Source: Acholeplasmatales bacterium DTU056
GTDB taxonomy: Bacteria; Bacillota_I; Bacilli_A; ML615J-28; CAG-698
Reading direction: 5' to 3'
Assembly: GCA_001512985.1 (NCBI GenBank)
Contig: LFRX01000031.1
Span: 13,888-53,895 of the forward strand
Length of the DNA stretch: 40,008 nt
This document shows, piece by piece, positions 19,670 to 28,836 of the stretch. The notes under the pieces are model-generated. The model had not been told where the DNA came from. It did not search any database and saw nothing but the letters and a program-made list of their open reading frames with translations. How positions within the stretch are numbered: position 1 is the stretch's first letter; each line of letters starts with the position of its first letter. The translations under genes and the position numbers were made by a program.

Positions 19670-20423
19670 GTAATCCTCCACTACTTAAAATGTGATTTAA
19701 TACTTTTATAAACTTTTCTTGTTCGGTTATATATGGAAAATGTCCGCTATAATAAAAGGTAATAAGACTGGCATCTGGAATATACTTTTTAAATAATAAG
19801 GCATCTTTATATGGAACAATTTCATCATCAATTCCCCATAATAAATATGTAGGAATTTTTATTTGAGATAATAAAGGGGTTAAATCTTCATTGACTACTT
19901 TACTTAAAGTTTGTTTCATTATTAAATTAGCATTTTGATAATCTTTAGAACCACTATTTTGATATAACTTAGATAGTTTTTTATTAAGTTTTAACAATAA
20001 ATAAATACGCTTTAAAAATTTAAATTTGTAGACGCGGTAATAATACTTAATATTACGCTTTGGTTTAATTCCAGCACTACTTACTAGAATTAACATTAAG
20101 GCATTTTTCGTTTTAACAAAGTATTTAATGGCAATTCGTCCTCCAAATGAATGGCCTAAAATGATTGGCTTTTGGATTTGTAAATGTTCTAATAAACTTT
20201 CCAAAACATCAACATAATCATCAACATTTAATGGTTTAATTGGATCGTCAGATTTACCAAATCCTAACCAATCAATGCTTAATATAGTATATCTATTTGA
20301 CATTCTTTTGATGATTTCAGAAAAAGTCGTACTATCTTGTCCCCAACCGTGCAGTAAGACCATAACTGGCCCATTTCCACTAATATTATAATAGACTTTT
20401 CCAAAATCACTTTCAAAAATCAT
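19656..20423 (-). CDS. Alpha/beta-fold hydrolase
   Basis: It has the HGWG oxyanion motif, the nucleophile elbow GHSFGG, a C-terminal ...GHFPY histidine region, and an AGGAG SD. Its 3' end overlaps the murF start. Confidence 0.85.
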   Translation of the reverse strand: MIFESDFGKVYYNISGNGPVMVLLHGWGQDSTTFSEIIKRMSNRYTILSIDWLGFGKSDDPIKPLNVDDYVDVLESLLEHLQIQKPIILGHSFGGRIAIKYFVKTKNALMLILVSSAGIKPKRNIKYYYRVYKFKFLKRIYLLLKLNKKLSKLYQNSGSKDYQNANLIMKQTLSKVVNEDLTPLLSQIKIPTYLLWGIDDEIVPYKDALLFKKYIPDASLITFYYSGHFPYITEQEKFIKVLNHILSSGGLHGKF

Positions 20424-20483
20424 CTCTTAACTCCTATAAACTATTAGTATTATAATTATATGAATAATGAGATGATTTTACTA

Positions 20484-21095
20484 CTAAATAACTTTTATTG
20501 GTAAGTGATAAATTTTTCCAAAGTATATTGCCCCTAAGATACCACTTAATAAAATCAATGTTGCCATAATTATAAATAGATTTATTTTTACATAATATGT
20601 AAAATAACTAAATAATCCAATTAAAATAATTATAATTAATAATTGAACCAAATAATTTGAATAAAACCTACTAAATAGCAAACTTAAAATACTAGTGAAT
20701 ACCTTGAATAATATTATATTAATTAAAATTAAGTAGCTGATTTGCTTGAAAATAAATACTTTATGATAAATTAATGAAAAAACCGTAAATAAAGACACAC
20801 CATAAAATATTAAAATAAAATTAGTAAAATTTATCATAAGTGTTTTTTGCAAAATACTTTTTCTGCTTTTTCCAAACGAAAGTGATAATAAAATATATTT
20901 TTGCGAATTTAAATAAGATATATTTAGACAATTAATAGTGATAATTAAAAAAGAATAAAAATATATAAAGAAAAAATTAGTATAGATGCTGCTTGCCATT
21001 AACATTGTATAAATAATTGTTAACCCTGTTAAAATTAACATCGCACTCAAATATTCTTTATAATTAGATAATTGTTTACGAATTTTTTGTTTCAT
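20484..21095 (-). CDS. Six-TM membrane protein (ABC-2-permease-like partner of the upstream gene)
   Basis: Six clear hydrophobic helices are visible. An AAGGGG SD overlaps the stop of the upstream gene. Confidence 0.65.
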   Translation of the reverse strand: MKQKIRKQLSNYKEYLSAMLILTGLTIIYTMLMASSIYTNFFFIYFYSFLIITINCLNISYLNSQKYILLSLSFGKSRKSILQKTLMINFTNFILIFYGVSLFTVFSLIYHKVFIFKQISYLILINIILFKVFTSILSLLFSRFYSNYLVQLLIIIILIGLFSYFTYYVKINLFIIMATLILLSGILGAIYFGKIYHLPIKVI

Positions 21096-21104
21096 ATTAA
21101 CCCC

Positions 21105-21932
21105 TTAAAAATATTTCTCTATTTCATAAAAACTAACTTTTTGAATTTTATATTTTAATTTATTAAGTTCTTTTTGAGTTGTATGATCAAGATTGTCAAT
21201 AAACACTAATTGAAAACTATCTTCTTTTTCAATAAAAAATAATCTTTCATAATCTTTTATTAATTCTAGTAGTTTTTCTTTTTCACCTTTTATTAAACAA
21301 ATACGTACTTTTTTAGGATTAAATCTAATTGTACGTCCATAATCGTTAAAAACAATTATTTGCTCTATTTTATCTTTAAAATGACTTAACCGATTAATCC
21401 CAATTAATTTAGTTTTATAAGAATGTGAATTTAAAGTGTTTACTATATATTCAATATGTTTAGGGTTATCAAGATAAATTGTTGGGTTGTTGACAAAAAT
21501 AATCGGATTATCTAGTGATTGTAAAATGGCAAAATTAATTAATGTATTCCCCACTAAAGTAAAAGGGTTTTTTAATGTCATTTGACATTCTTCTCGAATT
21601 GCTAAGACATCAATTAATTTCTGCAATGTTTCATAATTACATTTTAGATTATATTTACTTTGAATTGAATTAATAATTTGTTTTGGATAAATTGTTTTGA
21701 TAATTTGTTGTTCACAAGATATATATATTCGTTGTTTAAAATATTGCGAATTATCATACACTATTTGATTATTAAAATATACACTATTAGTTTTATTTAT
21801 CCCGCTTAGATATAAAAATAAACTTTTTATAACATTATTATCTCGACAATAAAAATAAATAATATCCCCTTCATAAAAATTTTGAGTAATACTATATTGA
21901 CTATCAATTTTTAAATCTTCTATTCTAATCAT
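21105..21932 (-). CDS. Degenerate ABC-transporter ATPase homologue (all catalytic motifs lost)
   Basis: By eye the protein is collinear with ABC-2-type ATPases. However, Walker A reads CRDNNVIKS, the signature reads FTLVG, and Walker B reads IIFVNN. It has a C-terminal DUF4162-like extension. The second ATG (21932) has better spacing from the GGTGA SD than 21935. Confidence 0.7.
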   Translation of the reverse strand: MIRIEDLKIDSQYSITQNFYEGDIIYFYCRDNNVIKSLFLYLSGINKTNSVYFNNQIVYDNSQYFKQRIYISCEQQIIKTIYPKQIINSIQSKYNLKCNYETLQKLIDVLAIREECQMTLKNPFTLVGNTLINFAILQSLDNPIIFVNNPTIYLDNPKHIEYIVNTLNSHSYKTKLIGINRLSHFKDKIEQIIVFNDYGRTIRFNPKKVRICLIKGEKEKLLELIKDYERLFFIEKEDSFQLVFIDNLDHTTQKELNKLKYKIQKVSFYEIEKYF

Positions 21933-21953
21933 CATTTCTCACCATTTTTATTT

Positions 21954-21982
21954 ATTATAGCACTATTTATTTCTTTTCACAA
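21954..21982 (-). promoter_or_regulatory. Sigma-A-like promoter upstream of the ABC-like gene
   Basis: The minus strand reads TTGTGA-17 nt (ending TGc)-TATAAT. Confidence 0.55.
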
Positions 21983-22025
21983 GTCGACATAATTTAAAAC
22001 TTATAGTACCTAATGATTAATAAAT

Positions 22026-22061
22026 TAAAAAGGTGTTTTAGACTAAAAATCTAAAACACCT
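22026..22061 (-). terminator. Rho-independent terminator after sufB
   Basis: The stem is 11 bp (aggtgttttag/ctaaaacacct) with a 9-nt loop. T-runs lie on both sides. Confidence 0.75.
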
Positions 22062-22078
22062 ATTTTTTATTTTTGAAA

Positions 22079-23494
22079 TTATCCAATGGATCCTTCCATT
22101 TCTAATTTAATCAATTGATTTAATTCAACAGCATATTCCATTGGTAATTCTCTAGCAAATGGTTCAATAAATCCCATAACAATCATTTCTAAAGCTTGTT
22201 CTTCAGTTAATCCTCTACTCATTAAATAGAATAATTGTTCTTCGCTAACTTTAGAGACAGTCGCTTCATGTTCAATATAACTATTTTTATTTTCCACAAT
22301 GTTAGTCGGAATAGTATCGCTTTTTGATAAACTATCTAAAATAATAGTATCACATTCAATGCGACTGCGGGCATTATCAGCACGTTTACCAAGACGAACT
22401 AATCCGCGATAGTTAACTTGTCCACCACCACGGCAAATGGATTTTGAAACAATATTACTAGACGTATTCGGTGCAAGATGAATCATCTTAGCCCCAGCAT
22501 CTTGAATTTGATTTTTTCCCGCAAATGCAATTGAAATAGTTGTTCCTTTAGCTCCTTCACCGCGTAATATGCAGGCTGGATATTTCATATTGACCATTGA
22601 ACCAATATTGCCATCAATCCATTCCATGTGTGCATTACGATCAACTATTGCACGTTTAGTAACTAAATTGACTATATTATTAGACCAATTTTGAATAGTC
22701 GTATAACGGCAATAAGCATCATCTTTAACGATAATTTCTACTACTGCCGCATGTAAGGAATCCTTAGAATAGATTGGAGCCGTACAACCTTCTACATAAT
22801 GCAAACTAGCTCCCTCTTCTACAATAATCAATGTTCTTTCAAATTGACCCATTTGTTCAGAGTTAATTCTAAAGTATGATTGTAATGGTTTTTCTAGTTT
22901 GACGCCTTTTGGAACATAAATAAATGATCCTCCCGACCATACGGCGGTGTTTAATGCAGCAAATTTATTATCATTATAAGGAACAACTGTACCAAAATAT
23001 TCTTTTACGATTTCAGGGTATTTACGGACCGCAGTGTCGGTATCACAAAAGATAACACCTTTTTCTTCTAACTCTTTGATAACATTATGATAAACTGCTT
23101 CAGATTCAAATTGTGTCGTAACACCAGCTAAAAACTTGCGTTCCGCTTCAGGAATACCTAATTTTTCAAAAGTTTCTTTTATTTCTTCAGGAACTTCTTC
23201 CCAACGACTGCGTACTTCTTCAGTAGTTTTGATATAGTATGTATAATCATCGAAATCAATAAATGATAAATCTGGTCCAAATTTCGGTAAAGGGCGAGAG
23301 GCAAATTCATGATAGGCTTTCATTCTAATCTCTAACATCCATTGTGGTTCTTGTTTAATTTCTGATATTTTTTTAACTACCTCAAGATTTAATCCTTTAC
23401 CTATATTAACTACTTCTTTTTTTACATCAGTAGTAAAACCATATTTATATTCACCAATTATATTATCGATTTTATTAAAATCTTTGTTATTCAT
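22079..23494 (-). CDS. sufB: Fe-S cluster assembly scaffold SufB
   Basis: The 471-aa product shows typical SufB blocks (...[15 protein letters not shown]..., ...[13 protein letters not shown]...). Confidence 0.96.
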   Translation of the reverse strand: MNNKDFNKIDNIIGEYKYGFTTDVKKEVVNIGKGLNLEVVKKISEIKQEPQWMLEIRMKAYHEFASRPLPKFGPDLSFIDFDDYTYYIKTTEEVRSRWEEVPEEIKETFEKLGIPEAERKFLAGVTTQFESEAVYHNVIKELEEKGVIFCDTDTAVRKYPEIVKEYFGTVVPYNDNKFAALNTAVWSGGSFIYVPKGVKLEKPLQSYFRINSEQMGQFERTLIIVEEGASLHYVEGCTAPIYSKDSLHAAVVEIIVKDDAYCRYTTIQNWSNNIVNLVTKRAIVDRNAHMEWIDGNIGSMVNMKYPACILRGEGAKGTTISIAFAGKNQIQDAGAKMIHLAPNTSSNIVSKSICRGGGQVNYRGLVRLGKRADNARSRIECDTIILDSLSKSDTIPTNIVENKNSYIEHEATVSKVSEEQLFYLMSRGLTEEQALEMIVMGFIEPFARELPMEYAVELNQLIKLEMEGSIG

Positions 23495-23915
23495 CTTGCT
23501 CTCCTTTTAACAGTTGTTCTAATGCTTTCCAAGCAAGTACCGCGCATTTATACCGAGCAGGGAATTGCGATACTCCTTGATAAACTAACGCATCCCCTAG
23601 TGCTTCTTCATTTTGAACGGGTTCCCCTTTTACTAAATGATAAAAATCTTGAATAGTGTCTAGAGCTTGTTGGGTAGTTTTCCCGGCTAACACTTCGCTC
23701 ATTACAGAAGTTGATGAACAACAAATTGCACATCCAGAACCTGTGTGATTTATTTCTTGAATGACATCATTTTCAACCTTCGCTTCAACAATCACATCAT
23801 CCCCACAAGAAGGATTATGAAGATGAACATGATTATATCCTTTTAATCCTTTGTTACGAGGATTTTTATAATGATCCATAATAATTTGTCGATATAAAAA
23901 CTCTAAGTTGTTCAC
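23487..23915 (-). CDS. sufU: SufU sulfur-transfer protein (Zn-dependent, IscU-like)
   Basis: [18 protein letters not shown] and a C-terminal CAVLAW supply the Cys/Asp zinc ligands. Confidence 0.93.
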   Translation of the reverse strand: MNNLEFLYRQIIMDHYKNPRNKGLKGYNHVHLHNPSCGDDVIVEAKVENDVIQEINHTGSGCAICCSSTSVMSEVLAGKTTQQALDTIQDFYHLVKGEPVQNEEALGDALVYQGVSQFPARYKCAVLAWKALEQLLKGEQDE

Positions 23916-23918
23916 TTG

Positions 23919-25136
23919 TTACACCTCACTGAATTGTCGAAAGAATTCCACAACTTCTTGGACAGTTTTTACAAATATATCTATATCTTGCTTGCTATTG
24001 TATATATATAAACAAGCCCGTAATGTTCCATTACATTTTAACCATTTTGTAACCAATTGAGCGCAATGATGTCCAGCTCTTAACGCGATATTAGCTTGAT
24101 CAAAAAAAGTTGAGGCATCGTGAGGATGAACACCATCAATATTAAAATTAATAATTCCAATATCAGCTGTCTTGTTATATATTGTTATTCCCGAAACACT
24201 TGACAATTTTTCTAAAGCATATTTATGAAGTTCTTTTTCATGTTGACGAATATTGTCAAATCCAATTTTTTCTAATAGGTCGATTGCAGCACCAAGGCCG
24301 ATCGCCTCAGCAATCGCCGGTGTTCCAGCCTCAAATTTATATGGTGTCTCTTTAACAATCACATTATCATGAAACACATCATTATTCATATCTCCGCCAT
24401 ATTCTTCTGGATCCATTTTATCTAATAGAGATTTTTTTCCATATAGAATCCCGATACCAGTTGGGCCAAGCATCTTATGAGCGGAAAATGCTAAGAAGTC
24501 GCAATCCAATTCACAAACATCAATTTTAAAGTGAGGAGCGGCTTGAGCCGCATCAACTATTACCACGGCGCCTTGCTTGTGCGCTAATTCAATTATTTCT
24601 CTAATCGGTGTTAGATATCCCATAGTATTTGAAACATATGTTATCGCAACTACTTTAGTTTTATCAGTTAATACTTTTTTAAAGTTTTCAACAGTAATCC
24701 TACCTTCATCGTTTAATGGAATATATTTTAAAATTGCTCCTTTTTTCTTAGCCACTTGCATCCACGGAAGTAAAGAACTATGATGTTCAAGTTCGCTGGT
24801 TATGATTTCATCATTTAGATTAATATTTGCCATTCCATACGTTTGAGCTATCATATTTAGACTATTAGTTGTCCCGCGGGTAAAAATTACTTCCTCAAAT
24901 GAAGCATTAATAAATTTTGCAATTTTTTTTCGGGCTTTATCATATTCCTCAGTAGCACGATAACTTAATTCATATACTCCTCGATGAATATTAACACCAT
25001 ATTCTTGATAATATTCATCCATTTTATCTAATACATAACGTGGTTTTAAGGTTGTTGCGCACGAATCTAAGTAGATTAGATTTGGATAATTTTGAAACAA
25101 AGGTATATCCCTTTTTATTTTTTCAACATCAAGCAT
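23919..25136 (-). CDS. sufS: Cysteine desulfurase SufS (class II aminotransferase V)
   Basis: FSAHKMLGPTGIG (PLP-binding Lys) and RAGHHCAQ (catalytic Cys loop). Confidence 0.95.
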   Translation of the reverse strand: MLDVEKIKRDIPLFQNYPNLIYLDSCATTLKPRYVLDKMDEYYQEYGVNIHRGVYELSYRATEEYDKARKKIAKFINASFEEVIFTRGTTNSLNMIAQTYGMANINLNDEIITSELEHHSSLLPWMQVAKKKGAILKYIPLNDEGRITVENFKKVLTDKTKVVAITYVSNTMGYLTPIREIIELAHKQGAVVIVDAAQAAPHFKIDVCELDCDFLAFSAHKMLGPTGIGILYGKKSLLDKMDPEEYGGDMNNDVFHDNVIVKETPYKFEAGTPAIAEAIGLGAAIDLLEKIGFDNIRQHEKELHKYALEKLSSVSGITIYNKTADIGIINFNIDGVHPHDASTFFDQANIALRAGHHCAQLVTKWLKCNGTLRACLYIYNSKQDIDIFVKTVQEVVEFFRQFSEV

Positions 25137-25156
25137 AGATGCGCTCCTTTTTTAAT

Positions 25157-26122
25157 CTATATATTGTTATTAACAATTTCTAAAACAAAATTATTAATTA
25201 ACTGATCATCAAAACCGTCTAAAATTGGGGAAATTAAACTTGATAAAATTAGTTTGCGGCTTTCTTCATATGTTAATCCCCGACTCATCAAATAATAAAT
25301 ATCTTCTTGACTAATATCACCAACGCTAGCTCCATGTCCTGCCACTACATCGAAATCGTCGATTTCTAATATTGGGTTCGCTGTAATTGTTGATTTAGGA
25401 TCAAGAATTATCCCTTTAATTTTGTGATTCATATCACTCATACTTGCGTGTTTGTAAATGAATCCATTAGTATTAATTACTGAATGAGAATTATTATTAA
25501 CCATTCCAAAGCAAGTAAAACGAGAAAGTGAATTACCACATTTATGATGAGCAACAGCGTCTAATTGATGTTTATCTTGTGAGGTGTTAATATCTACAGC
25601 ATAAACATAATATTCGCTTCCTGATTGTAATAATTCACCACCAATATATTCATTAACAACATTTCTATTAGCATTTAAATTATGAAGAGTGATTTTTGAG
25701 TCATTAAATAAATGACTTACTATTTTATAATCTAGGGGACTATTTGATAAACCTTCTTTGATACTAAAATAATTAATAGTACTATTATTACTTGCTATAA
25801 GATTAGAATTGAAAGAACATTTGGTAGTATTAAGCAAGTATTCATAAATTGTAATATTATTTTGATTAGTTACTTCAATTTCTTGCGTAAAACTGCCTTC
25901 TTCATTTATTATATGAAAAATTTTTAATTTAGTGTCTTGACTGATGGCTATATGAATAAAATTTTGCTCATTAGAGATTTTAGGATCCATTAAATTACTT
26001 GTTGACTTGTTAATTTTTATATTTGAATTTATATTATTTTCAATTACATTCCCATTTAAAAATATTATATATAAATCATCTTGATTAATTAAGCTTTTTA
26101 CCTTTGCTAGTAATTGTGTCAT
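25157..26122 (-). CDS. sufD: Fe-S cluster assembly protein SufD (short, divergent)
   Basis: The C-terminal block [22 protein letters not shown] parallels the SufB C-terminus, and the gene sits between sufC and sufS. Confidence 0.85.
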   Translation of the reverse strand: MTQLLAKVKSLINQDDLYIIFLNGNVIENNINSNIKINKSTSNLMDPKISNEQNFIHIAISQDTKLKIFHIINEEGSFTQEIEVTNQNNITIYEYLLNTTKCSFNSNLIASNNSTINYFSIKEGLSNSPLDYKIVSHLFNDSKITLHNLNANRNVVNEYIGGELLQSGSEYYVYAVDINTSQDKHQLDAVAHHKCGNSLSRFTCFGMVNNNSHSVINTNGFIYKHASMSDMNHKIKGIILDPKSTITANPILEIDDFDVVAGHGASVGDISQEDIYYLMSRGLTYEESRKLILSSLISPILDGFDDQLINNFVLEIVNNNI

Positions 26123-26134
26123 TGATAATCACCA

Positions 26135-26953
26135 TTATTTATTCGTTCTACTATTATTTGCACAACTTCGTAAAGATAGTCTTAGTGGTACTTCATCAAC
26201 AATTCCCAACTCTTCCTTTAACCAATCATATCCTTCAGCATCAATCTTAGCAATTAATTCCCGTCCTCCAGTTCGAACAATGCGTCCATCTAATAAAATA
26301 TGAACATAATCAACATCAACATAATCTAATAATCGTTCATAGTGGGTGATAATGATGGCGGCAAAATCATCGCTACGCATATTATTAATGTTCTCACCAA
26401 CAATTTTTAAAGCATCAATATCAAGTCCGGAATCAATCTCATCTAAAATTGCAAAATTAGGTTTTAACATTTTCATTTGTAAAATCTCATTACGTTTCTT
26501 TTCGCCACCTGAAAATCCTTCATTAACATAACGATGTGGTAAGTCGCTACGCATTTTTAATTCCGAAACAGCTTTATCATATTCACGAGCAAATTGGAAA
26601 ATTGATATTTTTTTACCCTCCGGTTGACGGGCTTGTAAAGCGGTGCGAATGAAATCTGAATTAGTAACCCCGCTTATTTCTCGTGGATATTGCATTGCAA
26701 GAAAAATACCTTTGCGACTTCGTTCGTCAACACTCATTTCTAAAACATTTTCGCCGTTTAAAGTAATTTCACCCGCAGTTACTTCATAACGATAATGTCC
26801 CATAATCGCAGAAGCTAGGGTAGACTTCCCAGTACCATTTGGTCCCATAATTGCATGAAATTCTCCCGATTTGACAGTTAAATTTATTCCTTTTAATATC
26901 TCTTTTCCTTCTACTGAAACATGCAAATCTTTTATAACTAACTCTTTAGCCAT
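26135..26953 (-). CDS. sufC: Fe-S cluster assembly ATPase SufC
   Basis: Walker A GPNGTGKST, signature FSGGEKKR, Walker B AILDEIDSGLD and the H-loop ITHY. Confidence 0.96.
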   Translation of the reverse strand: MAKELVIKDLHVSVEGKEILKGINLTVKSGEFHAIMGPNGTGKSTLASAIMGHYRYEVTAGEITLNGENVLEMSVDERSRKGIFLAMQYPREISGVTNSDFIRTALQARQPEGKKISIFQFAREYDKAVSELKMRSDLPHRYVNEGFSGGEKKRNEILQMKMLKPNFAILDEIDSGLDIDALKIVGENINNMRSDDFAAIIITHYERLLDYVDVDYVHILLDGRIVRTGGRELIAKIDAEGYDWLKEELGIVDEVPLRLSLRSCANNSRTNK

Positions 26954-26955
26954 TG

Positions 26956-28140
26956 CTACTCTCCTTTGTATATTCCTTTGAATGCATATTTATAGTCATT
27001 CATTTTTTCATTGTAAATAAAATTATCTTTCGCCCCACTAGAAATATATACTTCATAAGAGTCACCATTTTTTACAACGAATACTGCTTCAACCCCATCC
27101 ATACTTTCAATTTTACGCATTCCTTCGTCTAACCCTAATGCAAAGATTGATGTTGATAAAGCATCAGCCCACATTGAATTAGTAGTAATAATCGATACAG
27201 CTACTACATTATTATCAAAAGGATATCCTGTCCGCGGGTCAAGGATATGATGATAATCATTGCCGTCTTCATCTTTGATATATCTTTCATATATCCCTGA
27301 AGTAACAATTGTTAAATCATCTATTATATATGTTCCAAATATTGATGGCAATGTGTTAAATGGTCCGGCAAATGGTGTTTGTAATCCTAAACGCCATGAA
27401 CGATCTTTGCCATCATTAGCAACACCGCTTCCAATAGTATGAATATTTCCGCCGATATCTATTATTGCTTTAGTAACTCCTTGAGAAAGTAAATACTCTT
27501 TTACCTTATCCGCCGCATACCCTTTTACAATTCCACCTAAATCTATTTTCATCCCTTTTTCAGCTAAAAAAACGGTGCTATTTTCTTCATCGATAATAAT
27601 TTTTCTAAAATCAACTAATTGTAAAGCGGCTTGGATGTCTTCATCAGCTGGGGGATTAGTTCGATTGTCTTCTAATTCATCATAATAATTATTTGTAAAA
27701 TTCCATAAATCCCACACTACGGCAATCGTTGGATCAAATAATGCCTTATTATCACAAGACTCACATATCGAAAGTTCTGCGGCTTCGATTGCTTTTTTTA
27801 GGATTTTTATTACTTCTTCAGATACTTTTACAGGAGCGATTCCGGCATTTTCATTTACTTTCATTAATTCAGTCTTATATCCATCTCCGCGGTTCTGAAT
27901 ATTAAATTTTTTATCTAAATTTAAAACTATTTTGTTTAAATCATTTTCTAATTGCTCTTTCTTAGCTTTAGTTAAATATTGATTTGGAACACGGATATCA
28001 ATTACCGGCATAATACTAAAGGCCTCTTCTAAGTAAAAAACATGCTGAGTATATTTGTTCTTATTTTTTGGAGTATCATCGCATCCTACTAAAAGAATAG
28101 CTGTTAATATTATAAGAAAAAAAGTCAAAAATCTCTTCAT
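26956..28140 (-). CDS. apbE: FAD:protein FMN transferase (ApbE family) lipoprotein
   Basis: It has the lipobox LLVGC after a signal peptide. ApbE blocks are present (GGIVKGYAADK, ...HILDPRTGYP..., ADALST). The stop lies 2 nt before the sufC ATG. Confidence 0.9.
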   Translation of the reverse strand: MKRFLTFFLIILTAILLVGCDDTPKNKNKYTQHVFYLEEAFSIMPVIDIRVPNQYLTKAKKEQLENDLNKIVLNLDKKFNIQNRGDGYKTELMKVNENAGIAPVKVSEEVIKILKKAIEAAELSICESCDNKALFDPTIAVVWDLWNFTNNYYDELEDNRTNPPADEDIQAALQLVDFRKIIIDEENSTVFLAEKGMKIDLGGIVKGYAADKVKEYLLSQGVTKAIIDIGGNIHTIGSGVANDGKDRSWRLGLQTPFAGPFNTLPSIFGTYIIDDLTIVTSGIYERYIKDEDGNDYHHILDPRTGYPFDNNVVAVSIITTNSMWADALSTSIFALGLDEGMRKIESMDGVEAVFVVKNGDSYEVYISSGAKDNFIYNEKMNDYKYAFKGIYKGE

Positions 28141-28170
28141 ATTATCTTACCTCGATTCTGTGCCTTTTCT

Positions 28171-28179
28171 ATTATACCA
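28171..28179 (-). promoter_or_regulatory. Extended -10 element (TGGTATAAT) upstream of apbE-suf
   Basis: The minus strand reads TTTGGTATAAT about 30 nt upstream of the apbE ATG. The -35 element (ATGCAA) is poor. Confidence 0.4.
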
Positions 28180-28243
28180 AACTTTACTCGATTTTGCATT
28201 AAATATATTAATTTTGAATACGCTTAATTATCTTTGTTATATA

Positions 28244-28288
28244 ATAAAAAAACATCTTTAAAAATAGTTTAACCTATTTTTAAAGATG
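28244..28288 (-). terminator. Rho-independent terminator after the NUDIX gene
   Basis: The stem is 15 bp and AT-rich (catctttaaaaatag/ctatttttaaagatg) with a 6-nt loop and a T7 tail on the minus strand. Confidence 0.7.
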
Positions 28289-28303
28289 CATAATCATTTA
28301 ATT

Positions 28304-28783
28304 TTATGTCAATAATTTAATCTCTACACTTTGCATTAATTCATTTTCAAAATGACAATGGTATTGATATAATTTATCATCTTGTAATATTCTTGGAAAA
28401 AAATATGGAATATTATCAACTAGCCCTAAATTCTTAAAGTCACTAACCCATTCGATTGGCTTTAAATCTAGAATTCCTTCACGAGTTTTAAGTGGAACTT
28501 TAAAGGAAAGTGGTTCATTTAAAAATCCGACAAATAAATGTAATCCGAGAATTTCTCCAGTTGGTTCATTCCAAGTTACGATTCCGCGATATTTTAAATC
28601 TAGGTTATCGGGATTAATTTGTGTTTCTTCAATTATTTCTCTTTTTATTGCGCTAAATTTATCTTCACCTTCATTTATTTTTCCCCCGACACCATTCCAT
28701 CTTCCCATCCAGGGATTTTTGTTACGATTTAATAATAATACTTGATTTTGATAAATTATAAAACATAATGTGTATTTAAACAT
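28304..28783 (-). CDS. NUDIX hydrolase (MutT-like)
   Basis: The Nudix box is GGKINEGEDKFSAIKREIIEETQI (GX5EX7REUXEEXGU). Confidence 0.9.
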   Translation of the reverse strand: MFKYTLCFIIYQNQVLLLNRNKNPWMGRWNGVGGKINEGEDKFSAIKREIIEETQINPDNLDLKYRGIVTWNEPTGEILGLHLFVGFLNEPLSFKVPLKTREGILDLKPIEWVSDFKNLGLVDNIPYFFPRILQDDKLYQYHCHFENELMQSVEIKLLT

Positions 28784-28796
28784 ATTCTCCCTCGAT

Positions 28797-28830
28797 TTAA
28801 AAATCAGGGTTTCTTTTTAAGAAACCCTGA
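28797..28830 (-). terminator. Rho-independent terminator after PFOR
   Basis: The stem is 10 bp (tcagggtttc/gaaaccctga) with a 7-nt loop and a TTTT tail on the minus strand. Confidence 0.7.
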
Positions 28831-28836
28831 AATTTT

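Noticed and set aside
16962-20423. The hydrolase-murF-ddl group as a van-like (D-Ala-D-Lac/D-Ser) resistance cluster.
   Set aside because: No VanH dehydrogenase, VanX/VanY peptidase or VanRS two-component genes are present. The Ddl carries the ordinary F-x-x-Y-E-x-K-Y block (FLTYEDKY) seen in housekeeping D-Ala-D-Ala ligases. I cannot assess the omega-loop specificity residue by eye, so this rejection is provisional.
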